Below are positions 18,127 through 27,367 of a stretch of DNA of 64,000 bases, piece after piece (positions within the stretch are counted from its first letter, which is position 1; every line of letters begins with the position of its first letter). The stretch lies in NCBI GenBank assembly GCA_015232565.1, contig JADFZK010000009.1, positions 3,725 through 67,724 on the forward strand, written 5' to 3'. The translations under genes were made by a program, and so were the position numbers. The DNA comes from Candidatus Omnitrophota bacterium. Lineage in GTDB: Bacteria > Omnitrophota > Gorgyraeia > Zapsychrales > Fredricksoniimonadaceae. The notes beneath the pieces were generated by a model that saw only the letters and a program-made list of their open reading frames with translations, was not told the origin of the DNA and searched no databases.

Positions 18127-19548
18127 ATGAATCAATATCAATCACCCTTGGATACTATTGCGGCTATTGCCACGGCTACTGGTGCGGGCGGGGTGGCTAT
18201 TGTGCGGGTTAGCGGTCCGGAAAGCCTGACCACTGCGGGAAAAGTGTTTCTTGCCCGTTCGGCCGGTGCTCTGGCGGGCTGGCGGGCGAATGTAATGCAT
18301 TATGGCTGGGTTAAGGATGGTAATGGCGTGGTGGTGGACGAGGCTTTGGCGGTGGTTATGCGCGCGCCGCACAGTTACACTGCCGAGGATACCGTAGAGA
18401 TCCATACGCATGGCGGTCCGGCGGTGGTTCGACTGACGCTGGATCGGTGCCTGGCGAATGGCGCGCGCCTGGCGGAGCCCGGCGAGTTTACCCGGCGGGC
18501 TTTTCTTAACGGCCGGATCGACCTGGCCCAGGCGGAAGCGGTATTGGATATGGTGTCGGCGCGCACCGAGCTTATGTTACGGGCGGCCAATCAGCAATTA
18601 AGCGGGGATCTTTCGCGCGAACTTTGTGCCATGCGCGAGGTTTTAATGGCGGCTTATGCCGGGATCGAGGCTTTGCTGAATTTTCCGGAAGACGATACTG
18701 ATCGCGGCCAGTGGACGCAGGTGCGCGGGGAGTTGGGCCAGGCGCAGGCGCGAATTGCGGCTTTGTTGGGCACTGCCCGGGCCGGGGTAATTTTAAGGGA
18801 GGGCGTGCGGCTGGTAATTTGCGGCCAGCCGAACGTGGGCAAATCGTCGTTGTTAAACGCCTTGCTCAAGCAGGCCCGCGCCATCGTTACGGATGTGGCC
18901 GGCACTACGCGCGATATATTGGAAGAGAGTTATAATTTACAGGGTGTGCCGGTGCGTTTGGTGGATACTGCCGGCTTACTGGCTCCCCGGGATAAAGTGG
19001 AAGCCGAGGCGGTACAGCGCAGTTACGGCTCGATCGCGGCGGCCGATATTGTTTTGGTGGTGCTGGACCGTTCGGCGCCATTGACCACCATAGAAGGTGC
19101 ATTGTTGCATGGGCCGGGTCTGGATCCGGCAAATAATAGCGCGTTGTTGTCCAGAATGCTGGTGGTGCTTAACAAGTGCGACCTGCCGGCGGCCTTTACC
19201 CTGGCAGACGCCCAGGCCCTGGTTCCCGGGCGGGCGGTGGTGGAGGTGTCGGCGCTGGAACGCCACGGCATCGAGCGGCTCGAAACAGCGCTGTTGGCCA
19301 TGGTCTTAAAAGGCGGCGCGCTGGATACCAACGGGGTAATGCTCACCAACGTGCGCCACGTGCAAGCCCTGAGTCAGGCGGCACAAGCCTTAAGCTCGGC
19401 TATTGAAGCGCTGGACACCCAGGCTCCCGCCGAGATGGTGTCGGAAGGTATTAAAACCGCCGTCAGCCGCCTGGATGCCATAACCGGCCGCAACATCGAC
19501 CAGGACGCCCTCGACCATATCTTCGCCTCTTTTTGCATAGGCAAATAG
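18127..19548 (+). CDS. mnmE: tRNA modification GTPase MnmE (TrmE)
   Basis: G domain GQPNVGKSSLLNAL. C-terminal CIGK tetrapeptide. Confidence 0.9.
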   Translation: MNQYQSPLDTIAAIATATGAGGVAIVRVSGPESLTTAGKVFLARSAGALAGWRANVMHYGWVKDGNGVVVDEALAVVMRAPHSYTAEDTVEIHTHGGPAVVRLTLDRCLANGARLAEPGEFTRRAFLNGRIDLAQAEAVLDMVSARTELMLRAANQQLSGDLSRELCAMREVLMAAYAGIEALLNFPEDDTDRGQWTQVRGELGQAQARIAALLGTARAGVILREGVRLVICGQPNVGKSSLLNALLKQARAIVTDVAGTTRDILEESYNLQGVPVRLVDTAGLLAPRDKVEAEAVQRSYGSIAAADIVLVVLDRSAPLTTIEGALLHGPGLDPANNSALLSRMLVVLNKCDLPAAFTLADAQALVPGRAVVEVSALERHGIERLETALLAMVLKGGALDTNGVMLTNVRHVQALSQAAQALSSAIEALDTQAPAEMVSEGIKTAVSRLDAITGRNIDQDALDHIFASFCIGK

Positions 19549-19833
19549 GTGTGTTTTTCTGTTGTTTGAGATGCAACGCACCATATGTTAAGGATGTTCA
19601 GTTTCATCCGCTTAATAACCTTCCGCAAATGCTGGGCATTGCGGGTAGTAATTAGTTTTACTGACTATCGGCAAGTTTGACAGGATCCAGGGCTCTGCTA
19701 AATGTAAAATGATGTTATAATCACCAAAAGCTGGTTAGGGTGTGTGCTTGATGCGCAAGCGTTAATGCTATTCAGCACGGCCTAATGCGAAATCAGGGTC
19801 AAATTACGGGTTAAAGAAAGGCGGAGGGATATT

Positions 19834-20658
19834 ATGTTGGATTTCAAAGTTGCCAAAGAGGATTGCATTAAATGCGGGTTGTGCGCAAAGTTGTGCCCGT
19901 CGGGTGTTATTGAGCTGGCGGATGGCTATCCGCTTATTCCAACGGAAAAGGAGCCGGGCTGTTTACGGTGTCAGCATTGTTTAACGATCTGTCCGTCGGG
20001 TGCCGTTTCGATCCTCGGGCTGGATCCCCAGGACAGCCGCCCGCTGAACAAGGTTTTGCTTGATCCGGAGCGTTTTGAAACGTTCATCAAAGGCCGGCGG
20101 ACGATCAGGGCTTATCATAATGAAGATTTGGAGCCTGCTTTGATCCAGCGTCTTCTGGATGTGGCGTGGCATGCGCCCTCAGCCAAGAACGACCGCAAGA
20201 TCACTTTTACCGTGATCGACAAGAAAGAGAAGCTGGCCGAGTTCCGGGAGAGGGTTATAGCGGATCTGGCCCGTCTGGCCGAGGCGAAGCGTTTGCCGCC
20301 GGGCCGTGAGGTCTTTGGCTATTTTGCCCAATTGTGGAAACAGAAGAAGATCGATGTTATTTTTCGCGGGGCGCCGCATTTGTTGATCGCCTCTGCGCCC
20401 AAGACGGCCGTCGCGCCGTTGCCGGATTGTTTTATTGCTTTGTCCTACTTCGACCTTTTTGCGCAAAGTCTTGGCGTTGGCACGCTTTGGTGCGGCCTGG
20501 CAAAATGGATGATCGATGATATCCTGCCTGAAACAAAGGAATTCCTGGGTATTCCCGGTGATCATGTTATCGGGTATTGCATGGTGTTCGGCCGGCCGTC
20601 AGTTAAATTTGCCCGCACGGCCCAGCGCGGTTCGGCGAATGTTCATATTGTGGGATAA
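19834..20658 (+). CDS. Fusion of a 2x[4Fe-4S] ferredoxin with a nitroreductase-family domain
   Basis: Two CxxCxxCxxxCP motifs (CIKCGLCAKLCP, CLRCQHCLTICP), followed by a nitroreductase-like domain. Confidence 0.7.
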   Translation: MLDFKVAKEDCIKCGLCAKLCPSGVIELADGYPLIPTEKEPGCLRCQHCLTICPSGAVSILGLDPQDSRPLNKVLLDPERFETFIKGRRTIRAYHNEDLEPALIQRLLDVAWHAPSAKNDRKITFTVIDKKEKLAEFRERVIADLARLAEAKRLPPGREVFGYFAQLWKQKKIDVIFRGAPHLLIASAPKTAVAPLPDCFIALSYFDLFAQSLGVGTLWCGLAKWMIDDILPETKEFLGIPGDHVIGYCMVFGRPSVKFARTAQRGSANVHIVG

Positions 20659-20741
20659 AGATTAAGTGCTTTCTCCCGGGTGAAATAACAAGATGCAGTC
20701 CTGGCCGATCCGGACAGCGACAGGAAGAAACGGGGGTTCTG

Positions 20742-21332
20742 ATGAGTAAGAAGATATTAATGATCTCCGGCAGTCCCCGGAAGGATGGCAACACGGCTTT
20801 TTTGGTGGAATGGTTTGCCGAAGGCGCGCGGTCAACGGGAGCGCAGGTTGACATTGTGCGGGCGGCTGATCTTGAACGCAAGGCCGCCGGCTGTACGTCC
20901 TGTCGCGCCTGCCAGAAAAGTGCTGTTTATCGTTGTGTTATTAAGGATGAAGTCAGTGATTGCTTGGCCCGTTTTCAGGGTGTGGACGTGATTGTGATGG
21001 CGTCGCCGCTTTATTTCTATGGCGCCAGCAGTCAGTTAAAAGGCGTGATGGACCGGATGTTCTCGCTTTATAAATGGGATAATGCGGCCGGAACCATGCA
21101 GACGCCTCTTAAGGGGAAGGCCTTTGTTTTTCTGGGAAGCGGCTACGAAGACATCGGACTTGATGTTTTTGAGCGGCCTTTTCAATTGACCGCTGAATAT
21201 ACGAAAATGACCTATGCCTCTTTGGTCGTAGGGAATGCCGGAGAGTCCGGGGACATCATCAAGTTGCCCGGAGTGCGCAAGCAGGCTTGCGAATTAGGGG
21301 CCAGGATCGCGCGGTTTGTGGAGAGTGAGTGA
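20742..21332 (+). CDS. Flavodoxin-like NAD(P)H-dependent FMN reductase / iron-sulfur flavoprotein family
   Basis: ILMISGSPRKDGNT motif. Internal CTSCRAC cysteines. Confidence 0.6.
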   Translation: MSKKILMISGSPRKDGNTAFLVEWFAEGARSTGAQVDIVRAADLERKAAGCTSCRACQKSAVYRCVIKDEVSDCLARFQGVDVIVMASPLYFYGASSQLKGVMDRMFSLYKWDNAAGTMQTPLKGKAFVFLGSGYEDIGLDVFERPFQLTAEYTKMTYASLVVGNAGESGDIIKLPGVRKQACELGARIARFVESE

Positions 21333-21384
21333 GCTGTTCATTGGGGCGAGAGAAACTGGGGTTTAAGTTAGAGGAGGAAACAAT

Positions 21385-21789
21385 ATGTGGTCTTATTCGG
21401 ACGTAAAAGTCTTTTTGAAAGACTTTAGAAGGTATAAGTGGGCTTCGGTGTTGGTTGTTTCTTGTGTTTTGATTGGTTTAAGCATTATTTCTTGGATGAC
21501 CAATTTCTTTGGAGAAAAAGGCAAGCAGTCCGCAACGAATAATAATGTACAGATATTGGATAACAGATTTGAAGTAGGCAATGATTCTGTTGTTATGGGC
21601 AATGTGTCCTCTGGAAAGGTAGGCAATAGATCTGTTGTTGTTGGACCGACGGATAATAGAGGAAATGTTAATGTAAATCAGTCCGGAGCTTATGGGTATG
21701 GGGCTCATGCAGGCCCCGGTTCGATTGCTATTGGGGCATACGCCGGTGCGGGATCAACAGATGAAGATAATAAAAAGAATGGTTTTTGA
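21385..21789 (+). CDS. Hypothetical membrane-anchored protein with a Gly/Asn/Val-rich repetitive ectodomain (AT-rich islet)
   Basis: One N-terminal TM helix, followed by ~10-aa quasi-repeats (VGNDSVVMGN/VSSGKVGNRS/VVVGPTDNRG). Codon usage differs from neighbouring genes. Confidence 0.35.
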   Translation: MWSYSDVKVFLKDFRRYKWASVLVVSCVLIGLSIISWMTNFFGEKGKQSATNNNVQILDNRFEVGNDSVVMGNVSSGKVGNRSVVVGPTDNRGNVNVNQSGAYGYGAHAGPGSIAIGAYAGAGSTDEDNKKNGF

Positions 21790-21860
21790 AATGCCAATGT
21801 TTTATGTTGATAACGATCTTTTAACTATTTGCAGAAGTTTAAATAGACGGGAGCACCAGG

Positions 21861-22307
21861 ATGTCGGATCGACGCAGGCCGCCGGTTAAAAGGGCGGATG
21901 ATATATTGGAGAATGTTTTTGTCGGGCATCGCGAAGCGTTGACGGGCGGACCGGAGAGCGGGAAGCGGTATTTGCTTAATTTTCTGGAGAAATTCAATTC
22001 GATCCCTAACGAGGTAAAGTTCTACATCTATGATCTTTTGGCCGAAGACGCCTATCAGGCCGATGATCTTGTTTTATGCCGGCAAGCGGTCGGCCGGGCC
22101 GGTGAATATCTGGAGGAGGCGCGGGCGAGAAATAGCCGCCAATTAGCCGAATACCTGCCCGCACTGCGTTTCGTTGAACGTGGAATATCGCTCACGGTCG
22201 AAGCAGGAGAATATGAAGCAGCGCTTTCTTTCTGCGATCTGGCCCTGGAAAACGGTTTGGGTAAAGCATATGCCGCTAAAAGGGCCTCCATAGAAAAAAT
22301 GCTGTAG
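21861..22307 (+). CDS. Hypothetical soluble protein (AT-rich islet)
   Basis: Open frame only; no recognisable motif. Confidence 0.3.
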   Translation: MSDRRRPPVKRADDILENVFVGHREALTGGPESGKRYLLNFLEKFNSIPNEVKFYIYDLLAEDAYQADDLVLCRQAVGRAGEYLEEARARNSRQLAEYLPALRFVERGISLTVEAGEYEAALSFCDLALENGLGKAYAAKRASIEKML

Positions 22308-22347
22308 TGATGACGGAAAGAACGGGATCTTAAAGGGGTTCTACATT

Positions 22348-22731
22348 TTGATTTTCGGGAAAGTGAGCCGGGCTAAGATCCGGCCGTTGAGGCAAGGGAC
22401 GGGTTTATTAATGTCAAAGATAAAGTTTTTACCACGGGACGTAGTGTATTTGTGTATTCACTTGGTTACTTTGACTTTAGTGTGTACATCCTTATTAACA
22501 TTCAGTTATTTCGGGTTAGCTTCTTTGTTGCAAGGAAAAGGTGGTTTTATATACGGAATCTGTCCGTGGTTATGGGTCTTACAGCCGTTGTTGTTTTTAT
22601 GTTGGAATATTATTTATGTATTAGTTGAGAATTCGTTCGTCGGAATATTGGCCGTGGGGGGAAGTTTCGTATGGCTAATATTTAGTACAATTACGTATGC
22701 GCAAATAACGCAGGCATTGATTCAGCGTTGA
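22348..22731 (+). CDS. Hypothetical polytopic small membrane protein (AT-rich islet)
   Basis: Three to four predicted TM helices. AT-rich codon usage. Confidence 0.3.
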   Translation: MIFGKVSRAKIRPLRQGTGLLMSKIKFLPRDVVYLCIHLVTLTLVCTSLLTFSYFGLASLLQGKGGFIYGICPWLWVLQPLLFLCWNIIYVLVENSFVGILAVGGSFVWLIFSTITYAQITQALIQR

Positions 22732-22854
22732 CATTTTGCATTATATTTCGCACTATCATCGGTACTGGCTGCATATTTATCAGGCATATTGGTAGTACAA
22801 TCATTTGGATGTCCTGGTTTCTTGACACGTCTCAAACGATAAACGCTGTAAGGA

Positions 22855-25542
22855 TCACCTGCCGCGCAGGGTTTTTAGTTCCTGGTTCAGGCGGGCGATC
22901 TCGTTGTGCGCGTTGTTGGCCGTGGCGTGCAGTGCGCGGATCTCCTCGTTCAGTTTGGCTATTTCGTCTTCCCGGAGCAAAAGGCGGGATTCCGCCAGAG
23001 CGGCGGCGCTCTCCTGGTCGGCCAGCAGTTTCTTGAGTGAATCGCGTTCCCCTATCGTCCGGGCCAGGTCTTTGGCGGTAGCTTCGGCCGAAGCCTCGGC
23101 GCGCATGAATTCCATGTCTCTTTTCTGCACTACGCCTTTGATGGCGTCCTGTTTGGCTTCCATGATCGAGAGTTTTTCCTGCAGTAACTGGCTTTGTTCG
23201 TCGGCCTGCCTGATTATGCGGGCTTTCTCGTCTATCAGCGCCTGCAAGGCTTTGATCTGAGTGTTTTTCTCCTGCAAGTCCAGGGAATAACTGCGCACGG
23301 CGGTTTTGGATTCGATGGTCTTCTCGGTAATGTTCTCCCGGGTGGCGGCCGAAAGCTCGAAAAGCTTTTGTTTGAGGCTGGTGATCTCATTGTCTTTCTT
23401 TAAGAGTGTTGCATGCAGGATGCGCGCTTCCTCGGTATTGACGGGAGCGCTCACAGTAACCGGCGCGGGATTAAGCGGCTGGTTAGACGTTACAATGATG
23501 GATTTGCCGCGCAGTTTCTCGGTTTCCGCGGACAGTAGTTCGATCTCGGTCCTGAGGCGGGCGATCTCGGTGGTTTTGACCTCGGAGGTTTCTTTCTGAT
23601 CCAGGTAAGCCTCTTTACTGCGCTGGGCGGAACTTTCGCTTTTGCTTAACTCGGTTTCCAGGGAGCGGGCCTGGGATTGCGCTTTGCGTAATTCCTGGTT
23701 CTTGTCCGAAAGGTCGGCGCGAGTGGTTTGCAGTTGAGCTTCCAGGCTTTGCAAACGTGCGGCCAAGGAGGCCAGGGTCTCTTTTTGGGATAATACCGTG
23801 GCGTTCTTGTCCTGGGCGTTGGCGGCCAGCTCGGCCAGCCGGGCATTAAGGGCGGTGCAGAAAGCTTCGCGTTCACTGTTGGCGGTCTTCAGGACGGTGT
23901 TCTCGTCTTTAAGCGCGGCAATGATCGTTTGGGCATCCGTGGACTTGGCCCGGGTCTCAGCCAGTTGAGCGGTTATAGCGGCATGGCTGGTCTTGAGTTC
24001 GGCCAGCTGAACATCCTTTTGGGCCAGTAGTTCTTTGAGCTCTGCCGTCTTGTCGGCCGGAGGAACCACGGGTGGAACAGTCGCCGCGTTCGGCAGTTCA
24101 TAAACTATTGGCGGAGCGGGCGGTTTGGCTTGGACCAGAGTGCGCATCTGGGCAACTCCGGCCTGCAGTTCGGCCAGTCCGGCGTCGTTATCTTTCAAGA
24201 GGTCTTCTATGGAGGTGAGTTGGTTCCGGGCTTTGCCCAGAGCGTCGTCGGTAAAAGTGAGGTCGGCTTTTTGCTGGGTGATAATGGCGGTCTTTTCGGC
24301 AAGCAGGGATTTGAATTCGGCAATCTGGCGGTCTTTAGCGGAGAGGGTGGCGTTGATCTCGTCGATCGACTTCATCAACCGGGCCAGTTGCTCTTTGGCC
24401 GGCGCCAGGTTGGCGTCGTTTATGTTGACGCGTGCTTTAAGAGTTTCGATCTCTTTTAATTTGGCCGCGTAATCGATCATCAGGTCGGAAAATTGTTTTT
24501 GTTCGGTAAAGTTCCTGGCGCTGATCTCGGATTTTATGGCCTGATAATAGGCATCGATAGCTTTCAGGGTGGTGTTCATTTCCGCCAGGCGGTTCTTAAG
24601 AGCGGTAAGGTTTTCGTTCTTGTCCAGCACCGCCAGTGTTTTGTCGACCAGCATGGTGCGTTTCTCGGTTATGGCGGCCGATAATTCACTGTTCTTTTGG
24701 TTGGGCGCCAGCATTTTGCGCTGGGCAATTATACTTTGCACCAGGGCCTGGACTTCATCGGCTTGTACCGCAGCCGTAACCGGGACCGCGGCTGTGGCCG
24801 GTGTCGCAGGTGTAACTTCGGCTGTGACCGGAACCGTAGGCGTAACCAGGATCGGGGCAGAGGTAACATGAGTGGCCGGCTTGGGCTTGGAACTGGAAAG
24901 CTTGCTTGAGGTCTTGGCCGGGCTGACGCTCGGAAGGGCGGATTGTTCCCGCACCAGTTTCAGCAGTTCATTGGACTGATGCAAGTGCTGAGGCACCCGG
25001 TCGGGCGGCAGGCTTTTCATCAGGTTATCGAAAGGCCCGGCGTAAGGGGTGCCATAGAATTTGGCCCGCAGTTCGCCCAGTTCGCGCGAGCGCAGGTACA
25101 GCATGGAGTACAGGGAATCGTTTTCGGTTATAAGGTTGCGGATCAAATACTCCAGGTCTTGCGAGCCGGCTTCGTAGCGGGAAATATTGGCCTTAAGGGT
25201 GGAAAGGTCGCTGAGCGCTGAATCAAGATTGTGGATCTGCGCAGTTGGCTCGGCGGTCTTAACGGCGGCTTGGTTATTAAGGAGTGCAAGAAATTTCGCG
25301 GCGGTGGCATTACGGGGATCCATACGCGCGATACGTTCAAATTCTTTGCGGGCCGCGGCGTGGTCTCCGCGGGCGTAAAGGCTGGAGGCGTAATTTTCCA
25401 GAAAAGATATCTGGGCAGTGTAGGCCTGGGCCAAAGCTGTGCCGCTGGGACCGGCGCCGATCAACAGAGCCAGGGAAACAATTATCGCATTACGGCAATG
25501 GCAAGCTTTAAGCATAGGGCCTCTTTTTATGATACGACGCAT
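22855..25542 (-). CDS. Large secreted protein: signal peptide, TPR-like head, Pro/Thr/Val/Ala linker, then ~600 aa of coiled-coil
   Basis: N-terminal hydrophobic signal peptide, then a TPR-like segment (ARGDHAAARKEFERIARMDPRNATAAKFLALL), a PT-rich linker, and a very long heptad-repeat region. Confidence 0.6.
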   Translation of the reverse strand: MRRIIKRGPMLKACHCRNAIIVSLALLIGAGPSGTALAQAYTAQISFLENYASSLYARGDHAAARKEFERIARMDPRNATAAKFLALLNNQAAVKTAEPTAQIHNLDSALSDLSTLKANISRYEAGSQDLEYLIRNLITENDSLYSMLYLRSRELGELRAKFYGTPYAGPFDNLMKSLPPDRVPQHLHQSNELLKLVREQSALPSVSPAKTSSKLSSSKPKPATHVTSAPILVTPTVPVTAEVTPATPATAAVPVTAAVQADEVQALVQSIIAQRKMLAPNQKNSELSAAITEKRTMLVDKTLAVLDKNENLTALKNRLAEMNTTLKAIDAYYQAIKSEISARNFTEQKQFSDLMIDYAAKLKEIETLKARVNINDANLAPAKEQLARLMKSIDEINATLSAKDRQIAEFKSLLAEKTAIITQQKADLTFTDDALGKARNQLTSIEDLLKDNDAGLAELQAGVAQMRTLVQAKPPAPPIVYELPNAATVPPVVPPADKTAELKELLAQKDVQLAELKTSHAAITAQLAETRAKSTDAQTIIAALKDENTVLKTANSEREAFCTALNARLAELAANAQDKNATVLSQKETLASLAARLQSLEAQLQTTRADLSDKNQELRKAQSQARSLETELSKSESSAQRSKEAYLDQKETSEVKTTEIARLRTEIELLSAETEKLRGKSIIVTSNQPLNPAPVTVSAPVNTEEARILHATLLKKDNEITSLKQKLFELSAATRENITEKTIESKTAVRSYSLDLQEKNTQIKALQALIDEKARIIRQADEQSQLLQEKLSIMEAKQDAIKGVVQKRDMEFMRAEASAEATAKDLARTIGERDSLKKLLADQESAAALAESRLLLREDEIAKLNEEIRALHATANNAHNEIARLNQELKTLRGR

Positions 25543-25545
25543 ATA

Positions 25546-26571
25546 TTATTTTACGGCTTCCAGGTTCTTCTGGAGATCCAGGATGAGCTGGTTCTTCTCG
25601 GCTATGGAGCCTTCGATCTGCTGAAGGCGTTTTTGGATGTCGGCAAACTTGGCTTGCAAAGTGGTAAGCTCCTCGTTTGCGGTCGGCGCTGATGTTGCCG
25701 ACGGGTTTGGAAACGTTGACGGTGCCGGAACGCCGGTGTCGGGGCTCAAACCCGGGTTTACCGCGGGGTTGGTGCCCGGATCTGACTTGATAGCGGCCAG
25801 GTCTTCCTTGAGAACGGCAATAGCTTTGTCTTTGTGTGTTTCAATGGCGATCTGCTGGGGCGAACGGGTTTCCGCTTTCCGGTATTCCATAGTGCGGTTT
25901 TTCTCGATAGTGGCCAGGGCCAGGGCTTTCTTTAGTTCTGCCACCTGGTCATCCATGGTGCGGGCGTCACTGCGGGCCAGGTTCATTTTAGAAGTTAATT
26001 CTTTAATAGTTTCAGTGCTCATCTTGCGGTTGGAGTTAAGTTCGGCGGTCATTTCCTGCGTGCGCCTCTCCAGCTGGGCGGCAACGGCATTGTATTCGGC
26101 GATCTTGGCCGCCAGTGAGCTTTTGTTATTGCGGTACCTTTTATTATAGGCCACCAGCTGTTCCAGCAGGAGGTCATTGTCTTTCTCAAAATAAAAAGCC
26201 GCGGGCAGGAAATCTTCCTCGTTAAAGTTGTATTTCTCGCAGGGCAGTTTGCGCAGGTAATCTTTGAGATAGGCAAATTCCGGCCCGCTTTGGGCGATCT
26301 TTTGCAGGTGATATTGCGCCAGGCGGTTGAGGCAGTCTTTCCTTAATATGCTTTGAAAGGCTTTGGCGGCTTCGCCATAATCGCCCTTGCGGTACATTTC
26401 CCGGGCGTAGCGCATGGTTTCGTTAACCGTAAGGTCGCGCATGTTCATGGTCAGCAGGTCAAGGTCGGAAGACGGGTTGGCGGTAGAGACTTCCGCGAAA
26501 ACTGCCGCGGGAGTGAAGATCAATGCGGTGAACAGAACGGACAGGACGTGTTTAGGCGTTATTTTCAACAT
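25546..26571 (-). CDS. Secreted protein with a TPR-like head and a coiled-coil; smaller paralog of the downstream 895-aa protein
   Basis: Start chosen at MLKITPKHV, which has a GGGGG RBS. Signal peptide, TPR-like YAREMYRKGDYGEAAKAFQSIL, then coiled-coil. Lies 4 bp upstream of the 895-aa gene. Confidence 0.55.
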   Translation of the reverse strand: MLKITPKHVLSVLFTALIFTPAAVFAEVSTANPSSDLDLLTMNMRDLTVNETMRYAREMYRKGDYGEAAKAFQSILRKDCLNRLAQYHLQKIAQSGPEFAYLKDYLRKLPCEKYNFNEEDFLPAAFYFEKDNDLLLEQLVAYNKRYRNNKSSLAAKIAEYNAVAAQLERRTQEMTAELNSNRKMSTETIKELTSKMNLARSDARTMDDQVAELKKALALATIEKNRTMEYRKAETRSPQQIAIETHKDKAIAVLKEDLAAIKSDPGTNPAVNPGLSPDTGVPAPSTFPNPSATSAPTANEELTTLQAKFADIQKRLQQIEGSIAEKNQLILDLQKNLEAVK

Positions 26572-26704
26572 GTTTTTCCCCCTCGGGTTATTAATATGCG
26601 GAAGTATAACATCTAATCCGGTCCAATTCAAGGGGCGGGCTTAAGCGTACGCATTATTAGTTGACAGCGTACGTTTAGTGGGCTATTCTGGGACTGGAGG
26701 CTTT

Positions 26705-26932
26705 ATGGCAATGACTGCGACACAGTTCAGGAAAGATCTTTACCGGGTGTTTGACCGCGCTCTGGATACGGGCGTGGCTGTGCCTATAACGCGTAAGGGA
26801 AAGACTTTCCTGGTAGTTCCGCCGGTGCAAAAGTCCCGGCTGGAAGCCTTGCGCAAGCGCAAGGTCATTAAGTGTGACCCTGAAGAACTGGTACATATGG
26901 ATTGGTCCGGCAAATGGCAGCCTTGCATATAG
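26705..26932 (+). CDS. Phd/YefM-family type II antitoxin
   Basis: N-terminus MAMTATQFRKDLYRVFDRALDTGVAVPITRKGKTFLVVPP fits the Phd/YefM fold. GGAGG RBS. Overlaps the downstream PIN toxin. Confidence 0.7.
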   Translation: MAMTATQFRKDLYRVFDRALDTGVAVPITRKGKTFLVVPPVQKSRLEALRKRKVIKCDPEELVHMDWSGKWQPCI

Positions 26933-27297
26933 ATACACATGTGGCGGTTTGGCTGTACGCCGGGGAGGTGGAGCGTTTTCCAGCTCCGGCTCGTCGTCTG
27001 CTGGATCAGTCCGAGCTTGTTATTTCACCGATGGTCCTGTTGGAGATCCAGTTCCTCAGGGAGGCCGGCAAACTGGAGCTGAGGCCCGAGCGGTTCCTGC
27101 GGGAGATGAAACAGGATCTGGGGCTTAAGGTTTGTGAGGCGGCGTTTCCGGATATCATCTTTTCTGCGGTTGAGCTTTCCTGGACGCGTGATCCGTTCGA
27201 CCGTTTTATAACTGCCCAGGCGGCGGTCAACGAGGCCCCGCTGATGACCCGCGACAAAACGATCCGCACACATTATCGCCGGGCGGTTTGGGATTAA
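26914..27297 (+). CDS. vapC: VapC-type PIN-domain toxin
   Basis: PIN acidic residues in LHIDTHVAVW and DPFDRFITAQAAVNEAPLMTRDK. About 127 aa. Overlaps the antitoxin. Confidence 0.7.
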   Translation: MAALHIDTHVAVWLYAGEVERFPAPARRLLDQSELVISPMVLLEIQFLREAGKLELRPERFLREMKQDLGLKVCEAAFPDIIFSAVELSWTRDPFDRFITAQAAVNEAPLMTRDKTIRTHYRRAVWD

Positions 27298-27367
27298 AGG
27301 ATGTATTAATTACTCTAAGGTTTGGCATCGAAAAGAAGATGGTTAATATTTTAAAGGAAGCGGCGAG

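Noticed and set aside
19549-19833. 285-bp intergenic region after mnmE, considered for a small RNA or promoter (TTGACA ... TAAAAT/TATAAT elements)
   Set aside because: The spacing between candidate -35 and -10 hexamers is non-canonical (22 to 33 bp). No convincing hairpin or conserved structure was found by eye, so it was left unannotated.
22904-25692. Numerous + strand ORFs (for example 22904-23260, 24125-24472, 25231-25692) antisense to the long coiled-coil genes
   Set aside because: They lie entirely within the minus-strand coiled-coil CDSs and have low-complexity Ala/Ser/Leu-rich translations, as expected for shadow frames of repetitive GC-rich coding sequence.
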